Program-made: the position numbers and the translations under genes
NCBI RefSeq assembly: GCF_006345805.1
Contig: NC_042999.1
Span: 123,876,001-123,940,000 of the forward strand
Length of the DNA stretch: 64,000 bases
Direction: 5' to 3'
Source: Octopus sinensis
Lineage: Eukaryota
In this document: positions 36,230-49,500 of the stretch, piece by piece
Layout of the letters: each line of letters starts with the position of its first letter
Numbering within the stretch: position 1 is the stretch's first letter
Notes under the pieces: generated by a model
The model's database searches: none
Seen by the model: the letters and a program-made list of their open reading frames with translations, nothing else
Told to the model about the DNA's origin: nothing

Positions 36230-36680
36230 CGTAGTTGAGAAAGAACAGTGATATAAATATTTGGGAATACTGGAGGCAGGTAAAATAACACATGAAGAGA
36301 TGAAGTAAATTACAAGTAGGGAGTGTACAAGGAGAGTGAGAAAAATATTAGTCAGGGTTTACGACATACAGAAACTTCATTCAAAAACTAGAAGGCTGCT
36401 GATTCTATACTGAGCTGACCATCCAAAAGCTAATATCAACCAGTTGTACATGAAGAGAGGCCAAGGTGAAATAGGCTTAATTGCTGTGGTAAAGTGTGTA
36501 CAGATGGAAAGAAAAAGCCTACTAGAATATTTACAGATCAGCACAAAGATCTGTACAAGCATGGCTCACAAAGATTGGTACAAATGTAAAAGTAGAATAC
36601 CTACAAAAATCAGCATTGCTGGTAACTGCAAGAGTTCTTCGCAGGGTTCTTGAAGCATGACCAGTAAACAAGTGCCACCT
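36230..36680 (+). mobile_element. R4/Dong-like LINE remnant (post-RT region)
   Basis: HPKANINQLYMKRGQGEIGLIAVVKCVQMERKSLLEYL resembles the R4-clade HPxSDVDRLYxxRxxGGRGL motif. Confidence 0.65.
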
Positions 36681-36769
36681 TAGTCTGCTGACTGCGAACA
36701 GCTGACATTTTCCATCAAACCCAGCAAAATAACTTGAAAGTTTCCTTCAAATGATAATAATAATCCTTA

Positions 36770-36975
36770 CTAGCACAAAGCCTAAAACTTCAAGGGAGTG
36801 GGTTTAGTCAATTATATTAACTCCCAATACTCAACTGATACTTATTTTATCGATGCTGAAAGAATGAAAGACAAAGTCAACCTAGGAAAAATTTCAACTC
36901 AAAACATAAAGACAGACAAAATATTGCTAAGCATTTTTATCCAATGGATGTGCTGATTCTACCAGCTCACAACCT
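36770..36975 (-). mobile_element. SINE family B
   Basis: Family similarity. Confidence 0.75.
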
Positions 36976-38569
36976 TAAGAAAAGTAATAACAATGATGAT
37001 GGTGATGATGGTATAGATTGTTCACCAGGAAATGATAAGAAAATATATCTTGAAAGGAAAAAAATATAGAAATTGCTTCATCAGCTAATTCAGTTTAGAA
37101 ACAACAAAATTGGTTTGTATTTTGATATCTAATGTGACCACTGTATCATATAATACGAAATGGAACACCAGTTCCTGCTGAAGTAGATAAGAAAGAAAAT
37201 TGTAAAATTATGACTACACCCTGTCTAGAAACCTTAGAATTTGTCAGCAAAATGTTTTCAAAAATAGGTTAAGAGACTGCAAAATTTTGTTTTTAATTTT
37301 ATATCACAACTTTTAAACAATAGCATATTTGTTATAGGTTTCCAATAGTACAATCATTGGTTCACTGTATTTCAAATAGTAAAAGTGGCAAAGAAGCATT
37401 TATAACTCAGTGCAAAGAACATCATTCCTGCAAAGTAGCTCCTTCACAGAGTACTGGATTTTTACTGATATACATCAGAAAAAGATATACACAAATATAT
37501 ATAGACGTGTTAGAGACTCTAAAAGAAAATAGATGTAATACCACTAGTGATGGGATCTCTAAGAATGGTTGGTATTTATTAAGCTGCACAAACAAGTAGA
37601 CTAGAACAGGAATTAGAATTAGAAGAGAATGTCCCCACCAAAATAACTACTTTGCTTAGGACACTTGGATTCTTCATAAGAAGAATATATAGTTTTCTAT
37701 ATCAGCCCATTAACAGCTCTGGAATGATAATAGCTGAAGTTGACTTTAGTGAGATTTGAATTCAAAATGTGAAAACAACGTAAAAACTGCAAGGGTTTAA
37801 ATTCAAGTCCAACCCGTGCTAGCGCGGAAAACAGACGTTAAACGATGATGATGATGATTCTACCTTTACAGTTGGAATACTGTGATTCTTAGTGGTCTAG
37901 GCTCAGTGGTTAATTCTCAGACTGGGCTGTGTTGTGTTCTTGAGCAAGACACTTTATTTCACATTGCTCCAGTTCACTCAGCTGTAGAAATGAATTGCGA
38001 CATGACTGGTGCCAAGGTGTATCGGCCTTTGTCTTTCTCTTGGATGACATTGGCGGTGTGGAGAGGGGAGACTGGTATGCATGGGTGACTTCTGGTTGAC
38101 CATAAAACAACCTTGCCTGGACTTGTACGTCGATGGGTAACTTTCTAGGTGCAATACCTTGTCGTTCATGACCAAAGGGAGTCTTTTTTTACTAGTGTAT
38201 TTGCTTACACATAGTGAAAATAGGCCCACAGAACAGCCTTAGTTTTCTCAAGTTTAAAAGCATACAACTTAGCTCTGACAATACATTTATGTCACGCATT
38301 GAAGGGTTGCGGGGTCAGTCTTATGTTGCTCAAGATGCCTGCCCTAATTGTGTCTACTAATTTACTCATACGTCATCATTAATTATCGTTGTCGTCATCC
38401 GCTTTCCGTGTTGGCATGGGTTAGATGGTTTGACTGAAGCTAGTAAACCAGAGAGCTGCACCAGGTTCCAATCTGATTTGGCATGGTTTCTTCTGGTGAA
38501 TGCCCTTCTCATGCCAACCACCCCAAGAGTGTTATAGGTGCTTTTTACATGCCATATTCTAATCTGTTT

Positions 38570-39200
38570 CTCTCTATAGCTAATTCCTTGTTAAATTTTT
38601 ATCGTAAATCCTAGTTGCCAAGCCAGTAACACTCGGAAATTGTTTATAATTCTTGATCCGAAAGCCTTCCAGAAGAGATCACTCAGATTCTTTTCAGTGA
38701 TGCCCAATGCCATCTTAAGACATGGGCACACTAGACACTTGTCTGGGGACACCACAGGTCTAAGGATCCAATGCAAACTATGTATGCTGTGGTTGTATTG
38801 TATCCATACAAGAATCCTAGGTCATAGCTTTGCCTATAGTGCTGTTGGGATGACCCTGGTGATACTCACAACTGCTTCCAGGCCATAGTTATTCATGCAT
38901 TCTGCTAACTCTCTATAGAATGCAAACGTTGATATTCCACTGACTGCATTGCCCAGCTTGTAGAGTGTGGTGTATATCTGACAATATTTCAGACATCGTG
39001 ATAACAAAAGCTATGATTTGCTGATTTCTAACAGTCATAAAACCACTAATTTGTAATGGAGTGGCATATGTGATTGAATCACCATCAACATAATTTTATC
39101 CAAAATTCTCAATCTAAGAAAGCTGTTGGCGTACAACAATGTGAATTTCAATAAGAAGATCACTTGGTGGTGTCTGTCCCTTTTCTAGGTGCAGTTAGCC
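38570..39200 (-). mobile_element. R4/Dong-like LINE C-terminal (restriction-like endonuclease) remnant
   Basis: Decayed reading includes ..MALGITEKNLSDL, similar to the R4 C-terminal VIGALG motif region. Confidence 0.45.
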
Positions 39201-40391
39201 GTTTGATAATAATTAGTGTGGAGCCTGAGATGGGAGTAGAAAGATGGTGGACTCAATATGGGTGACAAGAATTGGATAGATGAGTAAGACCAGATAGATA
39301 AATAAATATTTACATTGCTTAAGTTATTTGTCTTCATTTTTTTTACTGTTTTTTAGTAATTTGTTATTGGTGAATTGATAACCTTATAATGAAACATCAA
39401 TGACAGTCAGAGAATATAATAAGTGACCAGCCTTAGCTTCTTCATTGAACAGAACATTGAATGGATCATATAGAGTACAGGAATGCCTTGACTTAATCAT
39501 TCAGATGTTAAGTGAGGGAGTGTTAAGTGAAAGGCTGCTAGTGTACATAGAGATAATGTTATAAATAACAATTACATTCTCACTGATGAGAACTGACATA
39601 AGAAATATTGAAAAGCCTTAAATAAGGATCAATAAAGCATCAGTTTTGGCAATGACTTGATTAAATAAATCATATACAAATAATAAACATCAAATATATC
39701 TAGTTTCTCTTTACATTACTCGATGTGCCTTTGCTACTTGTGGCTTTGTCGTTCATATTTGATTCACTTAATGTAGGAGTTTCTGTTAGTCTTTAGAAAT
39801 GCATCGAAAATTCTTTGTTCCCATGATTGTTTTTTTTTTTTTAATTTCCTTATAAATCTCATGATAGCAAATGTGAGATATATTTAAATCTATGACAAAT
39901 TTATTATTCCAATCCAAAATTTGAATTTAAAATCTCAATTACTTATTGAATAATGGGAATAAGGCTGTGTTGAACCCAATGAGAGGGAAGGAATAAACAA
40001 GAGTTTCCATTGTTAACATCTACTTTTACACATTGCTTGAATTAATTCAAAATGAATTAATTCTGACATATCGAGATGAAAGAGTAGCAGTGAGATGTGA
40101 ATAAAAAGAACAGTATATATGCATACATCAACATGCAACCTACTGAATGACCAAATAATTGAACACACATGTATATATAATCAAAGTGCATTGTGGTAAT
40201 TAAACTTTTAATGTAATCATTATGAATGTTTAACATTTATTTGATGCAATTAACTATTACGTTTTTATTTTTTATTTTTTTTTTAAATATCATTAAAGCA
40301 GGGCATCATTAACTAAGTGATTATGAAGCAAAGCATGGCTGTAATTGTAACATTCCCCAACATTGTATATCCCCCACTTTATATCTATCAC

Positions 40392-40511
40392 CTGACTTCT
40401 CTGCCATTTCAGCTCTGTGAGTGATAAACTGCATGTCTCCAGGACTTCCATAAAGAGTATAAAGTCTATTGTTGACTTGATAAATCATTTGCATTAATTC
40501 AGGAATTTTTT
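40392..40511 (-). CDS. Candidate exon 1 of an unidentified minus-strand gene (KIPELMQMIYQVNNRLYTLYGSPGDMQFITHRAEMAEKS)
   Basis: Lies in ORF 40321-40554; donor CAG|GTGATA; ends in phase 1, matching 32382. The acceptor at 40512-13 is A-rich and weak; an alternative acceptor gives a 40465 start. Confidence 0.38.
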
Positions 40512-42514
40512 CTTTCATTTTGTTTTTAAAATAGAATATTATGGTTAAATGCAAAAGGATAGAAAATCAATCACAAAAAGAAGAAAAATAGCAATGGTAA
40601 CATTTATATTACTGTATGACCACCTAGCTAATTACCATGAAGACAAAGACAGTGTTGAAATTCTACATTTAGCCAATTATAAAATTTTTACGGTGGGACA
40701 CCAAAAATATTGTTATATCTTGGAGCAGTCATATTAAAGCCTATTAACACTCAAATTAGTCAAATCTTGGTTTTAGTCATATTCCCCAAATTTTTGTCAC
40801 ATCTTGCCCCTAACTTTTTAGATGGGTTTAAGTTCTGCAAAATTTATAACCATTGAGAAAGTGACAGGAAAAGTATGACAGATTTTTTTTTTCTTTTTTG
40901 CATCACTAAAGACCAAAAAGTAAATAACAGCCAGTGTGTTTGTAGCATTTGACATAATTTTTCAGAAATTTAACAATATTGGTGTCAGCAGTTTCAGATT
41001 AAACTTTTTCTGAAACAAATTCAAAATCAGAACAAAAAAAATTATAAAATCTATGGCAAATTTATTATTCCAATCCAAAAATTGAAAGTTCAATAACCTA
41101 TTGAATAATAGAAAAAGGCTATGTTGGAATCTGAGAGTCAACATCATCATTGTCATCACCATTATTATTGTTGTTGTCATCATCATAATAAAATCCATTG
41201 ATCAGTATGGTTTGGACAGGTCTATCATGCTCCATATTCCACTTTTTTCATGAACAAGTCCAACAATAACTATAAAACAAAAGCAGAGCAGATGCCAGAA
41301 GGAAACAACAACATTTCTTGAAATAAAACAAAAGTAATCAAATCCAAAAAATGCAGTAAGGCATCAGCATGGAATATCTCCATATTACAAAATATCCTGA
41401 AAACCTCAACTCAAATTTCAAAACCAAGATTATAGGGATTTTGGTTATTGATTCACAAATGGTTACATGATTTATGCTGATTCTAAAAATGGAATCAAGG
41501 TTGTGAAAAAAAAAAATTTTTAAATAAAGGAAGAGATTTGTTTGATTGTCAAAATTTAATTTTTTTTTTATATAAACAAATTAATTAAAATGAATGAAAT
41601 TAATTTTCAAAAATTATTTTATATCCTTATTTTAACATGTCATATCATTTATTGTAAAATGATATACTATTTTATTCTCATTGAGATGAATGAATTACAT
41701 TGTCTATAATATTAATATGTGAGGATACTGACCATTTTTCATGACATCAGATCATTTACAACGGTCATTATCTCGTGTGCTTAGACAGGAAACATAAATG
41801 CACATCTCAGCACTTGGCTGACAAATAGGTTCTGATACTACATCATAGATGCTTAGTATTAACATAAAGAACTCTATTTCAATGATATATAAGCATGTAA
41901 ATTTGTAAAAACAACCCTATGTCGTTCTTGCTTGATGGATGTAAAATTGTAAAACCAAAATGGCATTATAAAATATTCCAAGTATTTAATGGTTTAACAC
42001 TTGAGTTTCCACTTAAGGTTGGTTACTGTTATTCAGATTTTCCGTTTTGCCATGTATAGATTGCATGTCATGTGTAGTTTATGTAGTACCTCTTCCAAGA
42101 GACTTCACTTCAGATCTATAGTTCAGACACTAATGAAATAAACTTTCAAGTTAAAAAAAATATGAATAGCACATGACCACTACTGGTGAAGAAAAAAAAG
42201 ACCACTTTCCCAAAACTGTAGATAAATGGGAGCATGCAAGTGGTTTAAAAAAATATTTGGCTAGCAGATGAAAGTATACAATGATTATTTGATTGTCTCA
42301 GCTGGATCTTGATGTGTATATGCTTAAGCCATAAATCAGCAGAAAAGTAGAAAAGTACAGATCATTAGTAATTTCAGAGAGGCAGTGTCCTTTCTACACT
42401 TAGAAATCACTTTTAGGAAAATGTTTCACTGGCTACATAGTAGGTGGGAAAAAGATAAAATAGTGAAGTGAGGTATGTCTGTAGTTGGTGGAATGGAATG
42501 GCATAACCTTTATA

Positions 42515-43400
42515 ATCTTTGAACAAGACAAATCGCTAAAGAGACAACTAACAAATGCGAAGCTTTACGAAACCACAAAATAAACACTTGAAAAATGTGG
42601 ATGCCCAAACTGTGGAACCTGCCCCAACCTACTTGAAGGTTCGGATTTCCTTTTCAAACAAGGATGGAGGTTCCCAATTAAAACTAGTTTCACTTGTGCC
42701 TCTGAGAACCTAAGTTATGTAATAACCTGCTTGGGTTGCGGACACAACTATATTGGACAAACAAGTATGACCTTGAGAAAGAGAACCTTTCTACATAAAG
42801 AGCAAATCCGTTTCCCGCAATACAGGCAAATTTCTCTCAGTGAACATATAGAAAAATGTGCAGATAACATCAAACCAAATTTCACAGTCTTCCCCTTCTA
42901 CCAGTGCAAAGACACAATATCTCCACAAGAACGTTTAAATAAAGAAACTTTTTTCATTGAAAAATACAGAACATGTCTTAATATGCATGCATTACCAGCT
43001 TTTAACTTTTTACATATTTCAATTCACAATTACATCACTGTACATAAATCCCCTCACTAAACAAGGTTTTCGAAACATGTTTTTGTCTGTACATATATAT
43101 TCCCCTGCCATTAGCGAAAGCTGAACCGTTATCTCCCTTACTCACAACAATAACAAGGATAACCAATTACCTCCCCTTATTTATCTACTTATTTATCACT
43201 CGTGAATTTCATCACACACAACATGGACAAAATTTCTTATTAATTAAGAAAAAATACATATTCAAATAAGTAAAACATAATATCATGAATAAAGATAGTG
43301 AAACCGGTCGATACATTAAAAATTATGTAAGTGTGCGTATTTTCCTTTTTTAATTTCTTATATATATATATATTCTTTAGTCACTGCACGGTGAGTGCTT
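42515..43400 (+). mobile_element. 5'-truncated Penelope-like element: Zn-finger plus GIY-YIG endonuclease and 3' pseudo-LTR region
   Basis: Open frame 42584-43060: CGCPNCGTC..NLSYVITCLGCGHNYIGQTSMTLRKR..EH..KETFFIEKY..LN, the PLE GIY-YIG signature. Confidence 0.92.
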
Positions 43401-43864
43401 TTAAGCTTTAAGCTTATAAAATATGCGTATTATCATCATCATCATTTAAAATCTGCTTTCCATACTGGCTAATAGATAGAGAGATAGATAGATAGATAAT
43501 TAAATACAGACACATACATACATGCATACACAAACATGCATATGTGCACATGCATACAATACAATACGTAAAAAGTAATATATTTACAGATTTACAAACC
43601 TCAACAAGCTATCTTTATGAAGCAACTTATTGTTAAAAATACATTAGTTTGTGGAAATATATAGATTTCTGCATTTCTAAGCCTGGTTTCAGTTGGTTGA
43701 CTCTTGTTATCGAAATCATATATAAGTCACATCTTTGCAAAATTCAACTGATATTGGTATTAAGGAATTATTTCAGGACAAACATGTCAGACTAAGGTTG
43801 TTGGCATAAATTGCTTTTACAGAAATATAGAAGTCCGTGTATTCCATGTATGAAACCCCAAACC

Positions 43865-43909
43865 GTTATATATATAAATATATACATATATATATACATA
43901 CATATATAT

Positions 43910-43952
<43 letters not shown>

Positions 43953-44037
43953 TATACATACATATATATATATATACATATACATACACATACATATATA
44001 CATACATATATATATACACATATGTATGTATATGTAT

Positions 44038-44069
<32 letters not shown>

Positions 44070-44215
44070 GACACACATGTATATATATATATGCTATATA
44101 TATTACATATATATATTTATGCATGTATATATATATATATATATTATATATATATATATATATAGACACACATGTATATATATATGCTATATATATTACA
44201 TATATATATTTATGC

Positions 44216-44259
<44 letters not shown>

Positions 44260-44292
44260 GTGTAAATAAATATGTGTATGCATGTGTGTGTG
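43865..44292. repeat. Large compound TA/TACA microsatellite with ~94-bp tandem duplication
   Basis: TAGACACACATGT..TTATGCATGT unit at about 44068 and 44162. Confidence 0.95.
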
Positions 44293-45999
44293 TTTTCCCT
44301 TGAAGTATTTGCTATGAAAAGCTGTGAACGTAATTTTCTATTACCCTGTGGTTCAAAAGTTTAGTTTTATATACTATTTGGCATGGGAACATATTAATGC
44401 GATGCTTTAAAAAAAAATGCCTCCTGGGGGCAAAAAAGATTGTTACAAACCTTGAGAAATGTATTGTTTTCATTTCGTATGTTTATCTTTTTAATCATGA
44501 AATTTATTATATTTGCTTTAGTATGAGAAACTTAAACAATGAAATGATGAAAAGAAAGACAAAAAAAGAAAGAAAGAAAGAAGATGGCATTAAGAAGTCA
44601 ATGATATATTTTGTATTATATTTAATATTACGGCTATATCACAATCCTCATCATCGTCATCAGTATTTTCAACCACAGCATTAATAGCAACAGTAAAACT
44701 TTCCTTTTGTTGTGTATTTACTCATTTATTTATTCATTTACTTTTTACCATTCCACTAGAAGAGTCTTACTTCTTACTCCATGGTAACCTATTCACAATT
44801 TTTATCTCTATGGAAAAGTTACTTGCTCCAGTATAAAATATGATCATGGCTTTCCCCAAAGCAAAATGCAGCAATAGATTGAAAGTTGCTATTTTCAGCT
44901 TTTATGTTATCAGTCCGATAGATTTTTATCATTGTGTAAAAATATGAAGGCAGACAGAAAACTTCAAAGAAAATTATCTTATTTGGTTTCTAAGCATGCA
45001 ATACCTAAAGGGAAGCTTTAATGTTTTGAAGATAAGATTAAATTTGCTACAGATATTATAATGTATTTCTCATGACATTATGTTTCATATATGACCCAGT
45101 GATAATATCATTCCTTTACCAATGTGGACCATGCAGTAAACAAAACTTAATGGTAGGCTTTTTTTTTTTTCGTATGAAAATACTATAGTACTTCTTCAGA
45201 AGAAGCATTTAATGAACTACTCCAATTTTGATGCTATATGAAGCTTTTAGAAATCACTCATGTTGTTTATACAATTCAGAAAGATTAATCTGAGCTTTAA
45301 CTTCTTATTTTTCGTAATCAATCATCAAAATCAAAGCCAGAAGGTATGCAAAAAGGTAAATAAGTAAATAAATAAAAATAAAGAAAGAACAAAAGTTTTA
45401 ATCTTGCCTCTTCTCAGATATGTATAAGGTCATTGATTTCATAAAATGAACTGAAAAAAAGTAAAATAAAATGAAATAAAATCATTACTCATTTGAGAAT
45501 ATTCCAAATATTATTTCTTTATAAAGTTTTGGAATTTGGATCGTACAATTATGCACTTAATATATACATTCACACACATATCACATATGAATATATGCAT
45601 ATATCTATATTTTTATCCTATCGCTTGCTCTCTACCCTCTGTGGTGTGTGTAAGTGTGTGTGCATGGGTGTAGATGTGTGTGTGTATGTATATATATGTA
45701 TATATATATATATAATCCATACATGCATACACAGCAATAAGCTTGTATATATGAATACATACATATTCTTTTAATTGTTTCAGTCATGTGAATGCGGCCA
45801 ACTAACAGGTTTATGTTTTTATTTTCTTTGTTGACATGAGTTGAAAGGTACTGCAAATAGATAACCTTATTAAAAGTAATCATGAAATGAATAATGGCCC
45901 CTATTTTACCACTGTAGTAAGTGTGTGAATCTGAGAGAGTAATATGTTGAATAAAATCATAACTGATCCTACTGTATTTTCTTTTACCCAAAGCCAGTA

Positions 46000-46680
46000 A
46001 CTTTTCAGTATTTGATCATGTTGTTCCTGGTGCATAACTGCTATTATGAATCAAAAATCATTCTTCTTCCCCAGGAACTGTTCTATATCAGCCATCAAGT
46101 TAGTAGATGGCACATCTCTTTTCAAAGACCAGTCAAATATATAAAGGCCTTGGTGAAACACTTCAACCCGTTGCTAAACTAGTTTACTCAGCAGTAATGG
46201 AGGAAATTTAAATAATGTGCACTGTTTACCATCTTTACAAGTCACTGACCTTTACCAATGTTAAAGTTGCTGTCAAAACTTTAAAAACTGGCAATAACAA
46301 GACATGTTTATTGTTCTTTTATCTATCAAAAGCATAACAAGAATTTCTTTGGGGTGGTCTCAAGAGATACCTTTGCCCATCCAAAATCTGAGAACCTTCT
46401 CAGCCAATTCCACAGAAATGATGATTTGCATTGTTTATTGTGAGACTGGAAAGGATAATTCCTGTACTATTCAATATCTCTATCTGTGTGATCACAATTT
46501 TATGTGGGAAGGTGGAAAAAAGAGTTATTTAAATTCTGATTTCAAGGAGCCTCCTAAACATTAGAAGACTACAAATCACCACCAAGATCTTATGTAGGCA
46601 GACCACTGTGCTAAAGAATTTATGATTGTACCCTGTTATACCACATTCTAGAAGTCCTACAAAACATTGCCTCAACAACT
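46000..46680 (+). mobile_element. Highly decayed CR1/L2-like RT remnant
   Basis: Fragments such as VKVAVKTLKTG, PIPQK and ISICV resemble pre-RT and RT domain 0-1 motifs. Confidence 0.35.
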
Positions 46681-46696
46681 ATTATATAAAAGAATA

Positions 46697-46908
46697 ATGG
46701 CAGTGAGCTGGCAGAATTGTTAGCACTTTGGGGAAAATGCTTAGCGGCATCTCATCCATGTTTATGTTTTGAGTTCAAATTCTATCAAGGTCAACTTTGC
46801 ATTTAATCCTTTTGAGGTTAATAAAATGAGTACCAGTTGAGCACTGGGGTCCATGTAATCAACTTACCCCTCCCCTAAAATTGCTGGCCTTATACCAAAC
46901 TTTGAAAC
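46697..46908 (+). mobile_element. SINE family B with ~14-bp TSD
   Basis: ATTATATAAAAGAA (46681) and ATTATATGAAAGAA (46909). Confidence 0.85.
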
Positions 46909-46959
46909 CATTATATGAAAGAACTAGCTTGAAAAGAAACAGGGACTATCTATTAATAA

Positions 46960-49500
46960 CACAATGTCCCACCATCCTTTTTCATTTTTTCGGTACAATT
47001 GCAATAATTGTCTCAGCAGTATCTCTAGAAACTTCATATTGGTTGAGAAAATCTACAACTACCTCAAACATGACTATACAAACTTTGCAAGACTCTGAAA
47101 GTGTGTTTCCCTAAATAATATCCATCTCAGCATTCATACAAAGATTCTCATCTACTGTGAAGTTCGTGTTTTCATTCTCCTGATGAGGTGCACACTGTTG
47201 AAACTGGCTATTGAATATGAGTATTTATCTTGACCAAAATTCCATTTGCATATCCCTTAAGAATGTTGCAGCTAGCTCAGTCTTTTGCTGTTGTGAATAT
47301 TTCATGATTAAAGCTTCAGATAATTAATAAAAAGGTATGGATGACATTAATTCTGCAGATCCAGACACAACATTAGTATTTTTTCAGTTAGATCACTGAC
47401 AGGACAACAATACTATAGACAAGCTGTTACCCTAGTATATATACCCATTCATAATCTAATCTTGTTTGTGATTATAGTAGTTACTACAGTCTTTAATGAC
47501 AGCTGTGTAGACCATATTGTTATCAGTCTTGCAATAGCATTAACTATAGCAGAATCTTTGAATGATGGACGTATTTAAATGCCTTCTTATATTCTAGAAT
47601 TCAGTGGCACTGCTGTACTCTCCCACAGACAAGTCTGTTGATAAAGAATTGTTTAGCACAACCCAAAACTCCTTTCTTTGCTCCTATCTGTCCATCAGTC
47701 AGAGTATTGTTTGCCCTGCCTGTATCTCAGACACACATTCAAGTGGCCAGTGTACAGCTTAAACATGCTATGGGCCTATGATTTTCTTTTTGACACATCT
47801 GTAGATAAGTCCATGAATCAATCAACTAGTATGGTATATTGTGTTCAGCATCACTTCTTCATCATCGTTATTAATTAATGTCCATCTTCCATGCTGGCAT
47901 GGGTTGGGCGGTTTGACAGAAGCTGACAAGCCAGAGAGCAGCACCAGGCTGCATTGTCTGCTTTGGTATGGTTTCTAGGGCTGGACGCCCTTCCTAACAC
48001 CAACCACTTTACAGAATATACTGGGTGCTTCTTATGTGGCACCATCACTGGTACTTGTTATGTGGCACCAACACCAGTAGGGTAGCCAAGGAACTTACAA
48101 GACAAAGGCTTCTCAGCTGGGAGAGGGAGTGGTACAAAGGGAAGTGACTTTCTGCCAGGTAAGAAGTTGATGAGAGTTTTCTTGCAAGGCATGATCTTCC
48201 TTTAGAAATAATTGACTATCTGGTCCCTCCCACATGATTTTTCATTTGCAACAACTCTCAGGATTGTTTCACTGATGATGTCATAGGTTCTAAAACATAT
48301 ATAACCATTTATTACATTGCACTCCATTGCTCCTTATATTTATTGCATTGTGGTTGTGCTGCATCTTTACATTCTAGATTCAGTCACAGAGAGGCTCTAA
48401 ATAATTTCTGAGGAGAGCATTTTTTTCAAACTTAATGGCATAACTTTTCTTGCTGTGATAAACATTTTGTGAGATTAACATAAAACTATAGTTGATAGTC
48501 CTATATTCTTGTCATTTCTTACAATAACAATTTACTTATTGTTCATAACTTATATTTAAGAGCAATTAGTATACACAGAAGAATTTCTTGATCACAATTC
48601 TTGTAAATTTTGGATAGTCTATCTGATGGTTCATGAATAAATCTTTCACCTCAATATTGTATACAATTGTCTGATGCTTTTCTGCAATATGTCGATGTTG
48701 TTTTCTGAGAGAGGCAATTCATTTTGATCGTGTGTTATCATTTTGATCAATCTCCATTATTTGCATCTTTCAGCAAATGTTAATTTGCAAGACTAGGATA
48801 TTCAGTGTCCAAGGCTGGAAGCTTCAATTTATGCTAGGTGTTCAGTAGCAACTAGAACAAACAAGAATAACAGAATAGCAATGAGTGGTTCAAGGTTTCC
48901 TGTCATAATAATGTTTTCATTTTATGGATTGTTGATGTAATTAGAAAAGTTTTCTTTAAATTTTACTGTGAATGGTATTTTGAGCTGTTTGTACCCTTCA
49001 CTCATTTCTATTTATTCCTAAGCATGTCCATGTGATGGTGGCAGTTATGTGTTTGTGTTATTATTATTGTTTTTATTTTGGTTGCACTTCATGCTTTTAG
49101 CAATTTTCTCAAGGGCAAAATCAAATGGGTTATCAATACTGTTATCTACTCTGCATTTTAGATTGCTGATTTGGCTAGATATAGCAGCATACATTTTCTC
49201 AACAAATGTAACTTGCTGACTCAATTACTTTGCACAGAAATGGGGGTAAATGGGGTATTTTATATCCAAATAGTTCTTCATCCTTTTCATGAAATTGATT
49301 GAAGGATCTTACCTGACCTTTTTGCAGAATCAGTATAAATCAAGATTCAATCCTGTTTACTAAAATTTCTCTTGATATTTTGACAATCTGCAATAAGTGA
49401 CCCTGACTTCTTGACTTCACATGACATATATCATAGTAATACACATGTTATTTAACTTTACTGCTTGATTACTGTCACCATTTTCTCTGTAAAGGGCACT
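46960..49500 (-). mobile_element. Long decayed R4/Dong-like LINE (RT core), interrupted by an RTE tail at 47850-48170
   Basis: Minus-strand pieces: NEKSCGRDQIVNY; QIGAKKGVLGCAKQFFIN; EYKKAFKYVHHSKI; GIYxGNSLS; HLF..LKL; FGQDKY. Order matches R4 RT motifs (KSPGPD, EQKGC, DYKKAFDSVPH, GIFQGDSLS, HLFYMDDLKL, FGLDKC). The extent beyond 48300 is less certain. Confidence 0.75.

Noticed and set aside
49311-49350. Strong minus-strand donor CAG|GTAAGA with an upstream AG
   Set aside because: Stops in all three frames and it lies within LINE relic sequence; shows that such signals arise by chance here.
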